Positions 39,196 through 49,276 are shown, counted from the stretch's first letter. The stretch is DNA of 64,000 nucleotides from Phycisphaerae bacterium (GCA_050115495.1 JASFQK010000021.1:1-64000), one strand, 5' to 3'. Made by a program: numbers and translations. The notes: generated by a model not told the origin, from the letters alone.

Positions 39196-41088
39196 ATGAG
39201 GAATCCGGATCTGGCCGGTTGGGAGAAGCGTTACCCCGAAAAGATCAGGTCCGCCGCGGAGGCGGTGTCCCTGGTCCGGCCCGGGCAGCGTGTGTACGTC
39301 GGGTCGAACGCGGGCGAGCCGCAGACGCTGGTCGAGGCGCTGTCGGCGCGTGAAGACCTGCTGGATACGGAGATCGTGCACATCCTGACGCTGGGCGTGG
39401 CCACCTACGCCGAGCCGCGGCTGGGCAAGCGCTTCCGGCACAACGCCTACTTCATCGGCCCGAACGTGCGGGATGCGGTGCAGGCGGGGCGGGCGGACTA
39501 TACGCCGATCTTCCTGTCCGAGATTCCGGCGCTGTTCAAAGAAGGCCGGGCCCCGGTCGACGTGGCCCTGATCTCGGTCAGCCCGCCGGACACGCACGGT
39601 TTCTGCTCGTACGGCGTGTCGTGCGATATCGGGCCGGCGGCGGTGGAGACGGCCAAGCTGGTTATCGCCGAGGTGAACGAGCAGATGCCGCGCGTGCTGG
39701 GCGACTGCTTCATCTCGATGCGCGACATCGACGTGGCCGTGCCCAGCGACCGGCCGATCCTCGAAGCGCCGCAGGGCCAGCTCGACGACACGTCCCGGCG
39801 GATCGGGCGGCACATCGCCAACCTGATCGAGGACGGCTCGACGCTGCAACTGGGCATCGGGGCCATTCCGGACGCCGTGCTTCATTACCTGAAGGACTTT
39901 CGCGACCTCGGCATCCACACGGAGATGTTCTCCGACGGCATCATCCCGCTGATCGAACATGGGGTGATCACCGGAAGCGCCAAGACGCTGCACCGCGGCA
40001 AGATCGTGATGAGCTTCTGCATGGGCACGCAGAAGCTCTACGACTTCATCCACAACAACCCGTCGGTCGAGTGCCACCCGACGGAGTATACCAACGATCC
40101 GTTCATCATCGCCAAGAACGATAAGATGGTGTCGATCAACTCGGCGATCGAGGTGGATCTGACGGGGCAGGTCTGCTCGGACTCACTGGGGCCGATGTTC
40201 TACAGCGGCATCGGCGGGCAGGTGGACTTCGTCCGCGGGGCGGCCCGCTCGAAGGGCGGCAAGCCGATCATCGCCCTGCCCTCGACGACGGCCGACGGTC
40301 TGATCTCACGCATCGTACCCTACCTGAAGCCGGGCGCCGGCGTGGTCACCTCGCGCGGCGACGTGCACTACGTTGTCAGCGAGCACGGCGTGGCCTACCT
40401 GCACGGCAAGAGCATCCGCGAGCGCGCCCTGGCGCTGATGCAGATCGCCGAACCGAAGTTCCGGCCGTGGCTGCTGTCGGAGGCCAAGCAGCGGCACCTG
40501 GTCGGGCCGGACGTAATCGAGGTTTCCCTGGAAAGCCTGCTGTACCCGGAGGAGTGGGAGGGCTGGGTGCGGCTGAACGACGGCACGCGGGCGTTCATGC
40601 GGCCGATGCGATTCACAGACGTGGCCGTGCTGCGTTCGCTGTTCTACGAACTGGCCAATGTGGACATCAGCCACTACCCCTTCCTGACCAAGCTGAAAGA
40701 GATGCCGGCTGAGGAACGGGAAGAGGTCCTGACCATCGACTACGACACGGACATGTGCCTCGTCGTGCTGACCGGGGCCGCCGGCGGCGAGAAGGTCATC
40801 GGCGTCGCCCACTTCCGGCGGGATTCGCACACCAACCTGGCGTACGCGGCGTTCGTGGTGCGTAACGAATACCAGAACAAGGGTATCGGGCGGGCCATGC
40901 TGGAGAAGCTGGTGGAGGTGGCGCGAGCCCGCGGCATTGCCGGCTTCACGGCGGACGTTTCCGAGTCGGATGAGAGCGTGCTGCGGCTGTTCCACAACTG
41001 CGGCTACCATGTCGAGGGAGACGCCCGGGACGGGTACACGCGGCTCACCGCCCTGTTCGAGAAGAAAGTGGACCGGCCGAAGCCCTGA
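39196..41088 (+). CDS. Second acetyl-CoA hydrolase/transferase-GNAT fusion (paralog)
   Basis: Same motifs (HTEMFSDG, SGIGGQVDF); GNAT YQNKGIG; RBS aggag. Confidence 0.88.
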   Translation: MRNPDLAGWEKRYPEKIRSAAEAVSLVRPGQRVYVGSNAGEPQTLVEALSAREDLLDTEIVHILTLGVATYAEPRLGKRFRHNAYFIGPNVRDAVQAGRADYTPIFLSEIPALFKEGRAPVDVALISVSPPDTHGFCSYGVSCDIGPAAVETAKLVIAEVNEQMPRVLGDCFISMRDIDVAVPSDRPILEAPQGQLDDTSRRIGRHIANLIEDGSTLQLGIGAIPDAVLHYLKDFRDLGIHTEMFSDGIIPLIEHGVITGSAKTLHRGKIVMSFCMGTQKLYDFIHNNPSVECHPTEYTNDPFIIAKNDKMVSINSAIEVDLTGQVCSDSLGPMFYSGIGGQVDFVRGAARSKGGKPIIALPSTTADGLISRIVPYLKPGAGVVTSRGDVHYVVSEHGVAYLHGKSIRERALALMQIAEPKFRPWLLSEAKQRHLVGPDVIEVSLESLLYPEEWEGWVRLNDGTRAFMRPMRFTDVAVLRSLFYELANVDISHYPFLTKLKEMPAEEREEVLTIDYDTDMCLVVLTGAAGGEKVIGVAHFRRDSHTNLAYAAFVVRNEYQNKGIGRAMLEKLVEVARARGIAGFTADVSESDESVLRLFHNCGYHVEGDARDGYTRLTALFEKKVDRPKP

Positions 41089-41218
41089 AGGCGGCCGGTC
41101 GGCGGCTGGATTCAAGTCGGCCGACGTGTACAATGGGCCCCCGGCTCCAGTCGTGGCCCGCGACGCCGGTGGCGCGAACCGCGGCGCGGCCCGACACCCC
41201 TCGCCGAGGCTCGACACG

Positions 41219-42451
41219 ATGCCGGTTCTGCTGAGCACCGACGAACTGCAAGCAGGCATGTGCCTCTATGAACCGCTGGTCAAAGGCGGGCGAACGCTGC
41301 TTGCCTCCGGCAAGGAGCTGACCGCGGGGGATATCTCCGCCCTGCAAGAGCATCATCCGGACGCGCAGGTGCGTGTGCGCGACCCGCTGCTCGACGAGCG
41401 GGTCGAGTTCGAGGACGACTCGCGCGAGCGCGAAGTGGCGGAGACGGTCCGGCGGGACATCGGCGAGTACATGCGGGGCGTGGTCGAGGGGTACTCGGAG
41501 AAGAACGGTCTGCGGCACGTCGATTTCGCCAAAGCGTCCGACGTGGTGCGGGACGTCGTGGAGTTCATGTCGCGACGGTCGTCGACGGTGGCCCTGCCGC
41601 CGACCGAACCGGACGGCGGACCGTATCTGCCCCGCCACGTGGGCAACACGTTTTACCTGGCCATGCGGCTGGCCGGCCTGGTACCCGACTACATGATCGA
41701 GGAGCGGCTGCGGCAGACGGAGTTGAAGGGCATCTCGCGGCAGCGGCTGCTGGACCTGTCACCGCTGGGGCTCGGCGCATTGTTCATCGACGTGGGAATG
41801 CTGCCGGTGTGCCGACTATACGACGCGCAGCGTTCCTTGACGCAGGAAGAGCAGGCGCAAGTCCGTGAGCATCCGAACGTCGGGGCGGACCTGCTTCCGG
41901 ACTCGTTCCCGGCACACGCCCGGGTCGTCGTGCGGTCGCACCATGAGAACCAGTTGGGCACCGGGTACCCGAAGCGGCTGCCGCCGGAACGTGTGCACGT
42001 CTTCGCCCGTATCGCGCGGGTGGCGGATGGCTTCGACACGGCGACGTCGGTCGGCACGTACCGGCAGGCACGCACACCGACCCGCGCCCTGTGGGAGATG
42101 ACCTGCGGGCCGTACGCCGACTACTACGACCCCGTGCTGACCGAAGCGTTCGCGACGCTCCTGCAACCCTTCCCGATCGGAGCGAAGCTGCGCCTGTCGG
42201 ACGGGCGCTACGCGGTCGTGGTGCGTTTCAACCCCAGCGACCCCGTGCTGCCGGAGGTGGTCATCGCCTACGACCGGCAGAACCGCCGGCTGCCGGCAGA
42301 GCAGATCGAGGGGCCCCTGTCGCTGGCGGACGAGCCGTCGCTACGCCTCGTCTCCTGTGGCGATGAAGACCTGTCGTACCTGTACTTCGAGGAAGTGGCC
42401 CCGGCGCGCGTGCTGCCCTTCCATACGCTGTTCGACGCGAAGTACCCGTAA
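41219..42451 (+). CDS. HD-GYP domain protein (degenerate HD)
   Basis: HPNVG, HHEN..GTGYP, ARI..VADGFD, FPIG.K.RLSDG. Confidence 0.8.
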   Translation: MPVLLSTDELQAGMCLYEPLVKGGRTLLASGKELTAGDISALQEHHPDAQVRVRDPLLDERVEFEDDSREREVAETVRRDIGEYMRGVVEGYSEKNGLRHVDFAKASDVVRDVVEFMSRRSSTVALPPTEPDGGPYLPRHVGNTFYLAMRLAGLVPDYMIEERLRQTELKGISRQRLLDLSPLGLGALFIDVGMLPVCRLYDAQRSLTQEEQAQVREHPNVGADLLPDSFPAHARVVVRSHHENQLGTGYPKRLPPERVHVFARIARVADGFDTATSVGTYRQARTPTRALWEMTCGPYADYYDPVLTEAFATLLQPFPIGAKLRLSDGRYAVVVRFNPSDPVLPEVVIAYDRQNRRLPAEQIEGPLSLADEPSLRLVSCGDEDLSYLYFEEVAPARVLPFHTLFDAKYP

Positions 42452-42490
42452 GCGCACCCATCCGTAGCTCGTGGGGGACGTGGCGTCGGT

Positions 42491-43063
42491 ATGCCAGACG
42501 AGCCCTCCACCCCCCTGCCCCACACCGCCAGCGACCACGAGTTGATGCGCCGCGTCGGCGAGGGCGATCGCGATGCGCTCGGCCTGCTCGTGGAGCGTCA
42601 CCAGGCGAAAGTCGTGGCGCTGGCGTATCGGTTCCTCGGACGCTGGGACGCCGCCGAGGACGTTGCCCAGGACGTGTTTGTGCGCGTCTGGCGGGCGGCG
42701 GCACAGTTCCGGCCCGAAGCGCGCTTCACGACGTGGCTCTACCGGCTCGCGGTGAACCTGTGCTGGGACCGTCGGCGGCAGGCGGCCCGGGAGCTGCGCC
42801 TGCTAACCGCAGCCCCCCCGCCGGAGACGGGCAACGCGTCGTCCGTGAACATGGAGAGCCGGGAGCGAGTAGCCCGGGTGCGGCGGGCGGTCGGCGAACT
42901 GCCCGATCGGCAGCGGCTGGCGGTGATCCTGCACCGCTACGAGGGGCTGTCACACAGGGAAATCGCGGAGGCGACGGGCTGGAGCCAGGGCGCCGTGGAA
43001 TCGTGCCTGGTGCGGGCGTACGAGAAGCTGCGACAGTCGTTGTCGGACATGGGGCCGGGCTGA
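42491..43063 (+). CDS. ECF sigma factor
   Basis: AEDVAQDVF, FTTWLYRLAVN, LPDRQR, EIAE. Confidence 0.9.
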   Translation: MPDEPSTPLPHTASDHELMRRVGEGDRDALGLLVERHQAKVVALAYRFLGRWDAAEDVAQDVFVRVWRAAAQFRPEARFTTWLYRLAVNLCWDRRRQAARELRLLTAAPPPETGNASSVNMESRERVARVRRAVGELPDRQRLAVILHRYEGLSHREIAEATGWSQGAVESCLVRAYEKLRQSLSDMGPG

Positions 43064-43108
43064 TGATGGGCGTCGAGGATATCGGACTATCCCGCCGCCA
43101 GACTTCCC

Positions 43109-43138
43109 CGCAGGGAGCGGTCGGCGGCGAACGTTCAA
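43109..43138 (+). promoter_or_regulatory. Putative ECF promoter, copy 1
   Basis: CGCAGG-N17-CGTTCAA, shared with 44871-44899. Confidence 0.55.
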
Positions 43139-43157
43139 ACCGTGTGGAGACTTGGTC

Positions 43158-43643
43158 ATGGAACACGTGCGGCAAACAGAGCTGATCCAGTTGGCGGCGA
43201 ACGAACTCGCCGACCCTCGCCGCGCGGAAGTGGAGCACCATCTCGCGGCGTGCCCGGCCTGTCGGGCCCTGTATGCGCAGCAGCAGGCCCTCTGGGGCGC
43301 GCTGGGCGACTGGCGGCCGGATGAGACGCCGCTCGACCTGCGTGCCGGTGTCGAGCGGAGATTGGCGGATTCTGGCGCCAACTCACGCCCCCTGTGGCTC
43401 ACGCTCGGCCGGGCGTCGCGGGTGGCGGCCGCGGTGGTCATCGGTGTCGGGGTTGGGTACGGCGCGGCGCGGACTTGGTCGCCGCAGCAACCGACCCCGG
43501 TACCGGTCACGCCGGCAGCCAGCGAACAGGCCGCTGTCGAGGCACTCGGCATCGACTATCTGGCGCCGCCGTCGCCGGCGGGGCTGTATGCCGCCCTGCC
43601 GGATGCGTCGGACGATGGGGAATCTGAGGAGGGGCAGTCATGA
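43158..43643 (+). CDS. Anti-sigma factor, zf-HC2 (ZAS) with TM helix
   Basis: HLAACPAC motif; TM; follows the ECF sigma. Confidence 0.85.
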   Translation: MEHVRQTELIQLAANELADPRRAEVEHHLAACPACRALYAQQQALWGALGDWRPDETPLDLRAGVERRLADSGANSRPLWLTLGRASRVAAAVVIGVGVGYGAARTWSPQQPTPVPVTPAASEQAAVEALGIDYLAPPSPAGLYAALPDASDDGESEEGQS

Positions 43644-44242
43644 TCATGCGACGCTATGGCGGCCTGTCGCTGATTGCCCTCGCCTGTGCGGCGGGGAGCT
43701 ACCTGGCGACGTATGCCGTACAGCAGGAAGAGCGTGGTGGGCCGACGTCGAGCCCGGCGACGGCCACGGCTCAGAGCGTGTCACGCTGGCTCGAGCTCAG
43801 CCCGCCGCAAGTGGACGCGGTACGGGAGATCGAGGCGACCTTCGCCGCGGACCGGCAGCCGCTCGAAGCGAAGCTGGACACGGAGCGGGAGCGGCTGGCG
43901 ACGCTGCTGGAGAACCCGGCGACGACGGACGCGGAAATCCTGCAACAGGTTGAGAACGTGATCGCGGCGCACGATGCGTTGGAGCGGCGTGTGGCCGCCC
44001 ATCTTGTGGCGATGCGGCCGCACCTGACGGCCGAACAGCAGAAACGCCTGTTCAACCGCTTCGCCAGCAGCGTGCGCGAGAGCGGCGGCGGGCGGTGGCG
44101 GCATGGCCAACCCGGCGGCGCCGGCGACGGACGCCGCGGCGGCGGCCCGCCGCCGGGGCGCGGACCCGGGTCCGGGCGCGGGCGGGGTGGCGAGGGCCGC
44201 GGCCGCCACGGCGAACAGACGACGACGGCACCCGCGCCGTAG
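43640..44242 (+). CDS. Periplasmic heavy-metal sensor / Spy-CpxP-like protein
   Basis: L.LSP.Q and LTAEQQ motifs; Gly-rich tail. Confidence 0.75.
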   Translation: MIMRRYGGLSLIALACAAGSYLATYAVQQEERGGPTSSPATATAQSVSRWLELSPPQVDAVREIEATFAADRQPLEAKLDTERERLATLLENPATTDAEILQQVENVIAAHDALERRVAAHLVAMRPHLTAEQQKRLFNRFASSVRESGGGRWRHGQPGGAGDGRRGGGPPPGRGPGSGRGRGGEGRGRHGEQTTTAPAP

Positions 44243-44259
44243 ACATGAGGAGTACAGCC

Positions 44260-44670
44260 ATGAAACGAGTTGTCTTGCTGGGGATCGTGTTGTTGGCAGG
44301 TGTAAGCGTCGCCATGGCCCAGGGCCGCGGCGGGCGCACTGGGCAGCGCGGCGGCCGGAGTGCTGCGCAGGGAGTGCGGGCGGCGACGACGGTGGTGACC
44401 CCGAGTGTCGCCCCGACTGTTGCCCAACGGCCGATGCGGCAGCGTGTGCGCGATATCAACAATTGTCAGGCCACCGACGGACAGCCGCTGCGCGAGCGGC
44501 TGCATGATCCGGCGAGCTGTCTGCGGCTCAATGCCGGCGGCGGCCAACGCGGAATGGGCCTGCGCCTGGGGCTGGGTCTCGGTTGCCGGGGCGGTGGATT
44601 GCGCTACGGTTGTTGCCCGTGCGGCCGTTGCGGGGGCGGACGACATCACGGCTGGCGCGGGCGGCGGTAG
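44260..44670 (+). CDS. Secreted Gly/Arg/Cys-rich hypothetical protein
   Basis: RBS gaggag; signal peptide MKRVVLLGIVLLAG. Confidence 0.55.
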   Translation: MKRVVLLGIVLLAGVSVAMAQGRGGRTGQRGGRSAAQGVRAATTVVTPSVAPTVAQRPMRQRVRDINNCQATDGQPLRERLHDPASCLRLNAGGGQRGMGLRLGLGLGCRGGGLRYGCCPCGRCGGGRHHGWRGRR

Positions 44671-44774
44671 CGGCCGCCTCATGCCTGCATCTGCGACCTG
44701 ATCGGGCCATACGTCGGCGATCTCCCGGAAACGAATGAGCGACGGGCAGAGCCCGCCCTACAATTCACTCCGCG

Positions 44775-44814
44775 CACACCACATGTGTACAGTCCGTAAT
44801 ACACATGTGGTGTG
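44775..44814. promoter_or_regulatory. Perfect 15-bp inverted repeat (operator or hairpin)
   Basis: cacaccacatgtgta-N10-tacacatgtggtgtg. Confidence 0.55.
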
Positions 44815-44870
44815 TCGTTGTGGCTACATCGGCCCGTGGGGCCACGTCGGAAAAACTCCTCAAACCAGCC

Positions 44871-44899
44871 CGCAGGCAATGCCGTTCGGCGGCGTTCAA
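44871..44899 (+). promoter_or_regulatory. Putative ECF promoter, copy 2
   Basis: CGCAGG-N16-CGTTCAA upstream of the DUF2202 gene. Confidence 0.55.
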
Positions 44900-45008
44900 T
44901 GATCGGATGCGGAGAGGCGTTCTCCCATCACGGAGAGTGCTGGCTGGGTGCATCTGCCGACGTGGCAGGAAGTCAGTACGGAGCGCAACGGACCGAAGGA
45001 GACGAGAC

Positions 45009-45890
45009 ATGAGACACGCAGGATGGACGACCGCAGTCACGATGTTGCTGGCGGCGAGCGTGGCGTGGGCGGGTGGCGGTGGCGCCGGTGGCGGCGGCGG
45101 CTGCACACGCATCGAAGGCGTCATCACCGCCATCGACGCCGACACGCTGCAACTCGTCGTCGCCGATGTCACCGTGCAGGTCACGGAGCAGACGGTGATC
45201 AGGAAGAGCGGTCAGGCGATCACGCTGTCCGACCTGGCCCTGGGTGAGACCGTCGCGGCCTGCGGGATCGTGGAGGAGGACGTGCTGTTGGCCAACCGCG
45301 TGACGGTTCGGCCGTGCGCGGTCGTCCTGACGGCCACCGTGGCCGGCGGCCAACTGACGCCGAATGGCGGGAAACAGCTTCGCCTGGTGCCGCTGTCCGC
45401 AGAGGAGGAGGCCGGCCTGTTGCTGATGCGGGAAGAGGAAAAGCTAGCCCGCGACGTGTACCTGACGCTCGGTGAGCTTTGGCAACTGCCGATCTTCACC
45501 AACATCGCCGCCAGCGAGCAGACGCACATGGACGCGGTCCTCGCGCTGCTGACGCGCTACGGCCTGACGGACCCGGTGGCCGGGATGGACGTCGGAGAAT
45601 TCGCGACGCCGGAGTTCCAGGCGTTGTTCGCCGAGTTGGTCGCACTCGGCAGCGAATCGCTGATCGGCGCGCTCACCGTCGGGGCGACGATCGAGGAGAT
45701 CGACATTGTCGACCTGCTGGAGCAGCTCGAGATCGTGACGCACCGGGACCTGGGCCGGGTGTACCAGAACCTGGAGCGAGGCTCGGAGAACCACCTGCGG
45801 GCGTTCGTCGGGCAACTGGCGGCCCAGGACGTGGTCTATGAGCCGCAGTACCTCGACCCGGAGTTGTACGAGCAAATCATCGGCGGCTGA
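45009..45890 (+). CDS. Secreted DUF5666 + DUF2202 (ferritin-like) protein
   Basis: MREEEKLARDVY, NIA.SEQ.HMD, IEE.DI.DL, NL.RGS.NHLRAF; RBS aaggag. Confidence 0.85.
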   Translation: MRHAGWTTAVTMLLAASVAWAGGGGAGGGGGCTRIEGVITAIDADTLQLVVADVTVQVTEQTVIRKSGQAITLSDLALGETVAACGIVEEDVLLANRVTVRPCAVVLTATVAGGQLTPNGGKQLRLVPLSAEEEAGLLLMREEEKLARDVYLTLGELWQLPIFTNIAASEQTHMDAVLALLTRYGLTDPVAGMDVGEFATPEFQALFAELVALGSESLIGALTVGATIEEIDIVDLLEQLEIVTHRDLGRVYQNLERGSENHLRAFVGQLAAQDVVYEPQYLDPELYEQIIGG

Positions 45891-46218
45891 CCCCCACACC
45901 TGATCGAACATAACCGGGCCGGTTTGCCTGTGCCGCAGGGCGCGGGCGAGCCGGCCCGGGCCTTTGAGGGGCGGACGTCGAGCCCGTGAGAGCTGAGCCG
46001 CACGTTCGGCGGACGGACCTGAGGGAAACGGACCGTGCAAATGAGGACCGAGCCGGTCGGAAACCCGGTCAGTCTCCGGCCGGCCCGTATGTCCCTGTTC
46101 GACGCCAGTGTTCAAGCGGCCCGACGTCTAACGGATAGGCAGGTTTGTATGCTCCCGGCCGGCTGGCAGGCGGCAGTAGCCGCCTGCCAGCCAACCGGTT
46201 GGCGTCGCCGTCGGTGCC

Positions 46219-48414
46219 TTACAGCAGACCGATGAACGGCGAGATGTCGAAGTTGTTGACCGTGCCGTCTTCGTTGGCGTCGGCACAGAAGTAGTGGCCG
46301 CCCGGGTAGGCCGTCTCGAATGTTGCCTGGTCGTGACCAACGGCGTAGACGAACGGGCCGATGTCGAAGTTGTTCGTCGTACCGTCGCCGTTCACGTCAC
46401 CGAGCTCGGTCGGGCACGGCTCTTCGCCACCCGGCATCAGGCAGAAGTACCCGTTGTAACCCGGACGAATCGTCCAGAACGGGTAGGCCGCATCCCAGGA
46501 GTAGCCGGCCACCAGGTCCGCACCGATAACGGCGCTGTTGTCGGCCCAGTACCACTGACGGTTCGGGGAGATCCAGGCCATGTCGCAGATGCAGGCGATC
46601 CAGTACTTGGTGCCCGCGTTCAGCGTGATCGGCGTGGTCAGGTCGACGTGGTAGTAGAAGCTCTGGCCGCCGATGTTCACGGACGTCACAGCCGCATCCG
46701 GGTAGATGAAGCTGTAGAGTGCCGTCACACGCGGGTCCGACAGGCCGTTGCCGGTCGGCTTCGTGCCGGTACCGTCGTCGGCCCAGAAGTGGACCTCCCA
46801 GCCAGTGACCGGCTGGTGATCCGCGTTATTGAAGAAGCCGGACCAGTCGACGGCGCCGACGGTGACGGTGCCGCCAATCGCGGTGAGCGTGAAGTCGTCT
46901 GCGCTGATGGCCAGGTACGAGCCCATGAAGTCCTGCGAGGCCACGCCCTCTGAGAAGGACTCGAGATCAGGCTGGTTCTGGTAGATCGCGTCGGTGCACG
47001 GCGGCAGCGGGGCATCCTCGCAGGTGATCACACCCATGTAGGACCACTCGCCATCCGGGCCAGGGCCGGTGCCGCAAGGCATGCCATCGGTGACCCAGGG
47101 CGCGACGCGCAGGTAGTAGGTACCGGGGTTGCAGATCTTCGAAACGGAGTGCACAGCGCAGACGACGTCGGTCGTGACGTACGGACCGATGTAGCCGGTG
47201 AAGTCGGCGCAGTCCGCGGAGCCTTCCGGATCAAAGACGCAGAAGCCCATGAACAGCGGGAACTCGGCTTCGACGTCGAAGGTTACGCTCGTACGCTCGG
47301 TGACGACGATCTTCCACCAGTCTTCGTCACGGGCACCACCATCGGCCCAGCAGGTACCGCAGATGGTCGTGTTGCACGCCGTGTTCTCGAACGCCTCCGG
47401 CGTCGCGCCGCAGCCGTTGTTGGCGGACTGGTTGCAGGGCTCATTCTCGTTCTGGCCCGTGCAGACCACGACGCAGTCCGGACACTCGTCGCAGGTCACG
47501 CCAGCGCCCAGCCAGACGCTCGGGGACACGCAGTCATCCGGACCGGTGATCGTGCAGGTGTAGTCCTCATGGCAGCAGGCGCCGGCCTGGCCGCAAGGCG
47601 GGTCGAGGTCAGCGCACAGCGTGTAGGCGGCCCAACGGGTACCGCCGAGCTCGATGCAGGAGACCTCGTCCCAGTCGTCGACGCACTGCGGCGGATTCGT
47701 GGTGTCGAAGCAGCAGGCGCCGAGCGGCTCTTCGTTGGTGTACAGGTCGAGATCGAAGCCGCCGTAGTGGCTGCCGGGGCCCCACCACACGTTGCAGTTG
47801 TAGTACTCCGGGGGATCCGCCGGCTCGCCGAAGGTCGTCTCGGTGAAGCCGAGCTCGGCCTCGTTCGCCATGTGCACACCGGACGTATCGGTGTTGGTGA
47901 CGTACCGGACCCAGAAGCTCTCGGGGACGACGACGCTCGTGGTGGTCTCCACGTCGAGCCAGCCAACGGGCGTGTTGTTGGACCAGGTGTAGGTCCAGAG
48001 CATGTTGGCGCCGGCGGTCAGCGGGCAGATATCCCAGAACTCAACGGTGATATCGTAGACCTCGCCGGCGTCAGCGTCGCCGTAGGTGGTCACCGACACG
48101 CAGTTGACGGTGACTCCGCCGGGCTTGATGACCTGGATGTCGTCGGAGACATCGAGCCCGGTCCCGGCTGTGCCGTGGATGTACCAACCATCGGCATCGT
48201 CATTCAGATACACCGCGTAACCACCGCAGGCGCGCGAAACGGCCGTGCCGCCGTTCGCCGTGATAGCCTGGGAATCGACACCCGCGTTCAACTTGAGGAT
48301 GTTCTTTCCCAGGGCAGCAGTGGATGACGCGACGGTGGGTGGGTCGGCGAGGACGGCCGCCACACACAACGTGACCAGCAGTACTGCAGCAAGGCTCTTC
48401 CATTCGCGATACAC
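46219..48414 (-). CDS. Secreted Cys-rich protein with dockerin-like C-terminus
   Basis: GTG start with RBS ggaggt; signal peptide; GACC repeats; ADDF beta-sandwich; GDVNGDG..NNFDI x2. Confidence 0.75.
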   Translation of the reverse strand: MYREWKSLAAVLLVTLCVAAVLADPPTVASSTAALGKNILKLNAGVDSQAITANGGTAVSRACGGYAVYLNDDADGWYIHGTAGTGLDVSDDIQVIKPGGVTVNCVSVTTYGDADAGEVYDITVEFWDICPLTAGANMLWTYTWSNNTPVGWLDVETTTSVVVPESFWVRYVTNTDTSGVHMANEAELGFTETTFGEPADPPEYYNCNVWWGPGSHYGGFDLDLYTNEEPLGACCFDTTNPPQCVDDWDEVSCIELGGTRWAAYTLCADLDPPCGQAGACCHEDYTCTITGPDDCVSPSVWLGAGVTCDECPDCVVVCTGQNENEPCNQSANNGCGATPEAFENTACNTTICGTCWADGGARDEDWWKIVVTERTSVTFDVEAEFPLFMGFCVFDPEGSADCADFTGYIGPYVTTDVVCAVHSVSKICNPGTYYLRVAPWVTDGMPCGTGPGPDGEWSYMGVITCEDAPLPPCTDAIYQNQPDLESFSEGVASQDFMGSYLAISADDFTLTAIGGTVTVGAVDWSGFFNNADHQPVTGWEVHFWADDGTGTKPTGNGLSDPRVTALYSFIYPDAAVTSVNIGGQSFYYHVDLTTPITLNAGTKYWIACICDMAWISPNRQWYWADNSAVIGADLVAGYSWDAAYPFWTIRPGYNGYFCLMPGGEEPCPTELGDVNGDGTTNNFDIGPFVYAVGHDQATFETAYPGGHYFCADANEDGTVNNFDISPFIGLL

Positions 48415-48674
48415 AGTGCTACCTCCCTTCTCATGGGGTGCCAGAATGCACGATTCTGGCGTAAAACGCTGAGCCGCAGACACCTGCGACTTCTCTCCCT
48501 AACCTTTCAATCGTGCGGGACCGTGTGGGAGAAGCGCGCACTTCAGAACGCCTCGGCGCATCACCGAGAGCGAGGGATTGGCGCTGTCTCAAACCTTCAA
48601 GCGGACGTGATTCCGCGCGTCACACGGTCGCGCCGAGTCGTTACAACATGCTCGCCTACCTAGGCGAGGATTTC

Positions 48675-48704
48675 AGTATAGCAGACTGCTGCCAGCGTTG
48701 TCTA
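48675..48704 (-). promoter_or_regulatory. Putative sigma70 promoter
   Basis: TAGACA-N18-TATACT on the minus strand, ~260 bp upstream of 48414. Confidence 0.5.
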
Positions 48705-49241
48705 GTGAACTCGCGCTACATTTCTTCAGGCCGCACCACGTACGCCTTCCGCTGTAGTGCCTGACGAGACAAGCGAATTGGAGACCGGCCAAGTGTAGCC
48801 TGTTTAGCCGACACTCCTTCTTCGCCGCGACCGCCAGCCCACAAGGTGTCCGCGCACAGCGCACGGACCGGGAGCGGTTGCGCCGTGCGGTTCGAGCGCG
48901 GGCCCGGGGCGTCTCGCGAAGCTTATGCCTTACGAGTGGTCACCGTTGGCAAGACAAGCGTTTCGCAGCGGCTGATGCGATGTAACCTATTCAGCCCACA
49001 GCAATACCCTACTCCTGCCCGGGGCCTTCTTCTCACGCAGTCCGCGTCCATGTTGAACGTCCCGACGGCGGCGTGGGCACTTCACCAACACCGCCCCGGC
49101 CGCTGCAGTCAAACTGAACCAACGGGGCTGGCCCGCCGGCCACGCGCGTACGCCCCGGAGTCCCGTCCCCCCCCCGCCGACGAGCCCGCCTGGGTCGTTT
49201 CGCGGCCTGCAAACCGGAGGGCAGAAGTCGCAAATGTTCGG

Positions 49242-49276
49242 ATTTCATGTTCTGTTCATGTTTATTTCGTTAACGT
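49242..49276 (+). promoter_or_regulatory. OmpR/PhoB-type direct-repeat box plus -10, copy 1
   Basis: aTTTCATgttctgTTCAT-N11-TAACGT. Confidence 0.55.

Noticed and set aside
48720..49240. Hidden RNA gene in the long intergenic region
   Set aside because: No tRNA, tmRNA, SRP, RNase P or 6S hallmarks recognised
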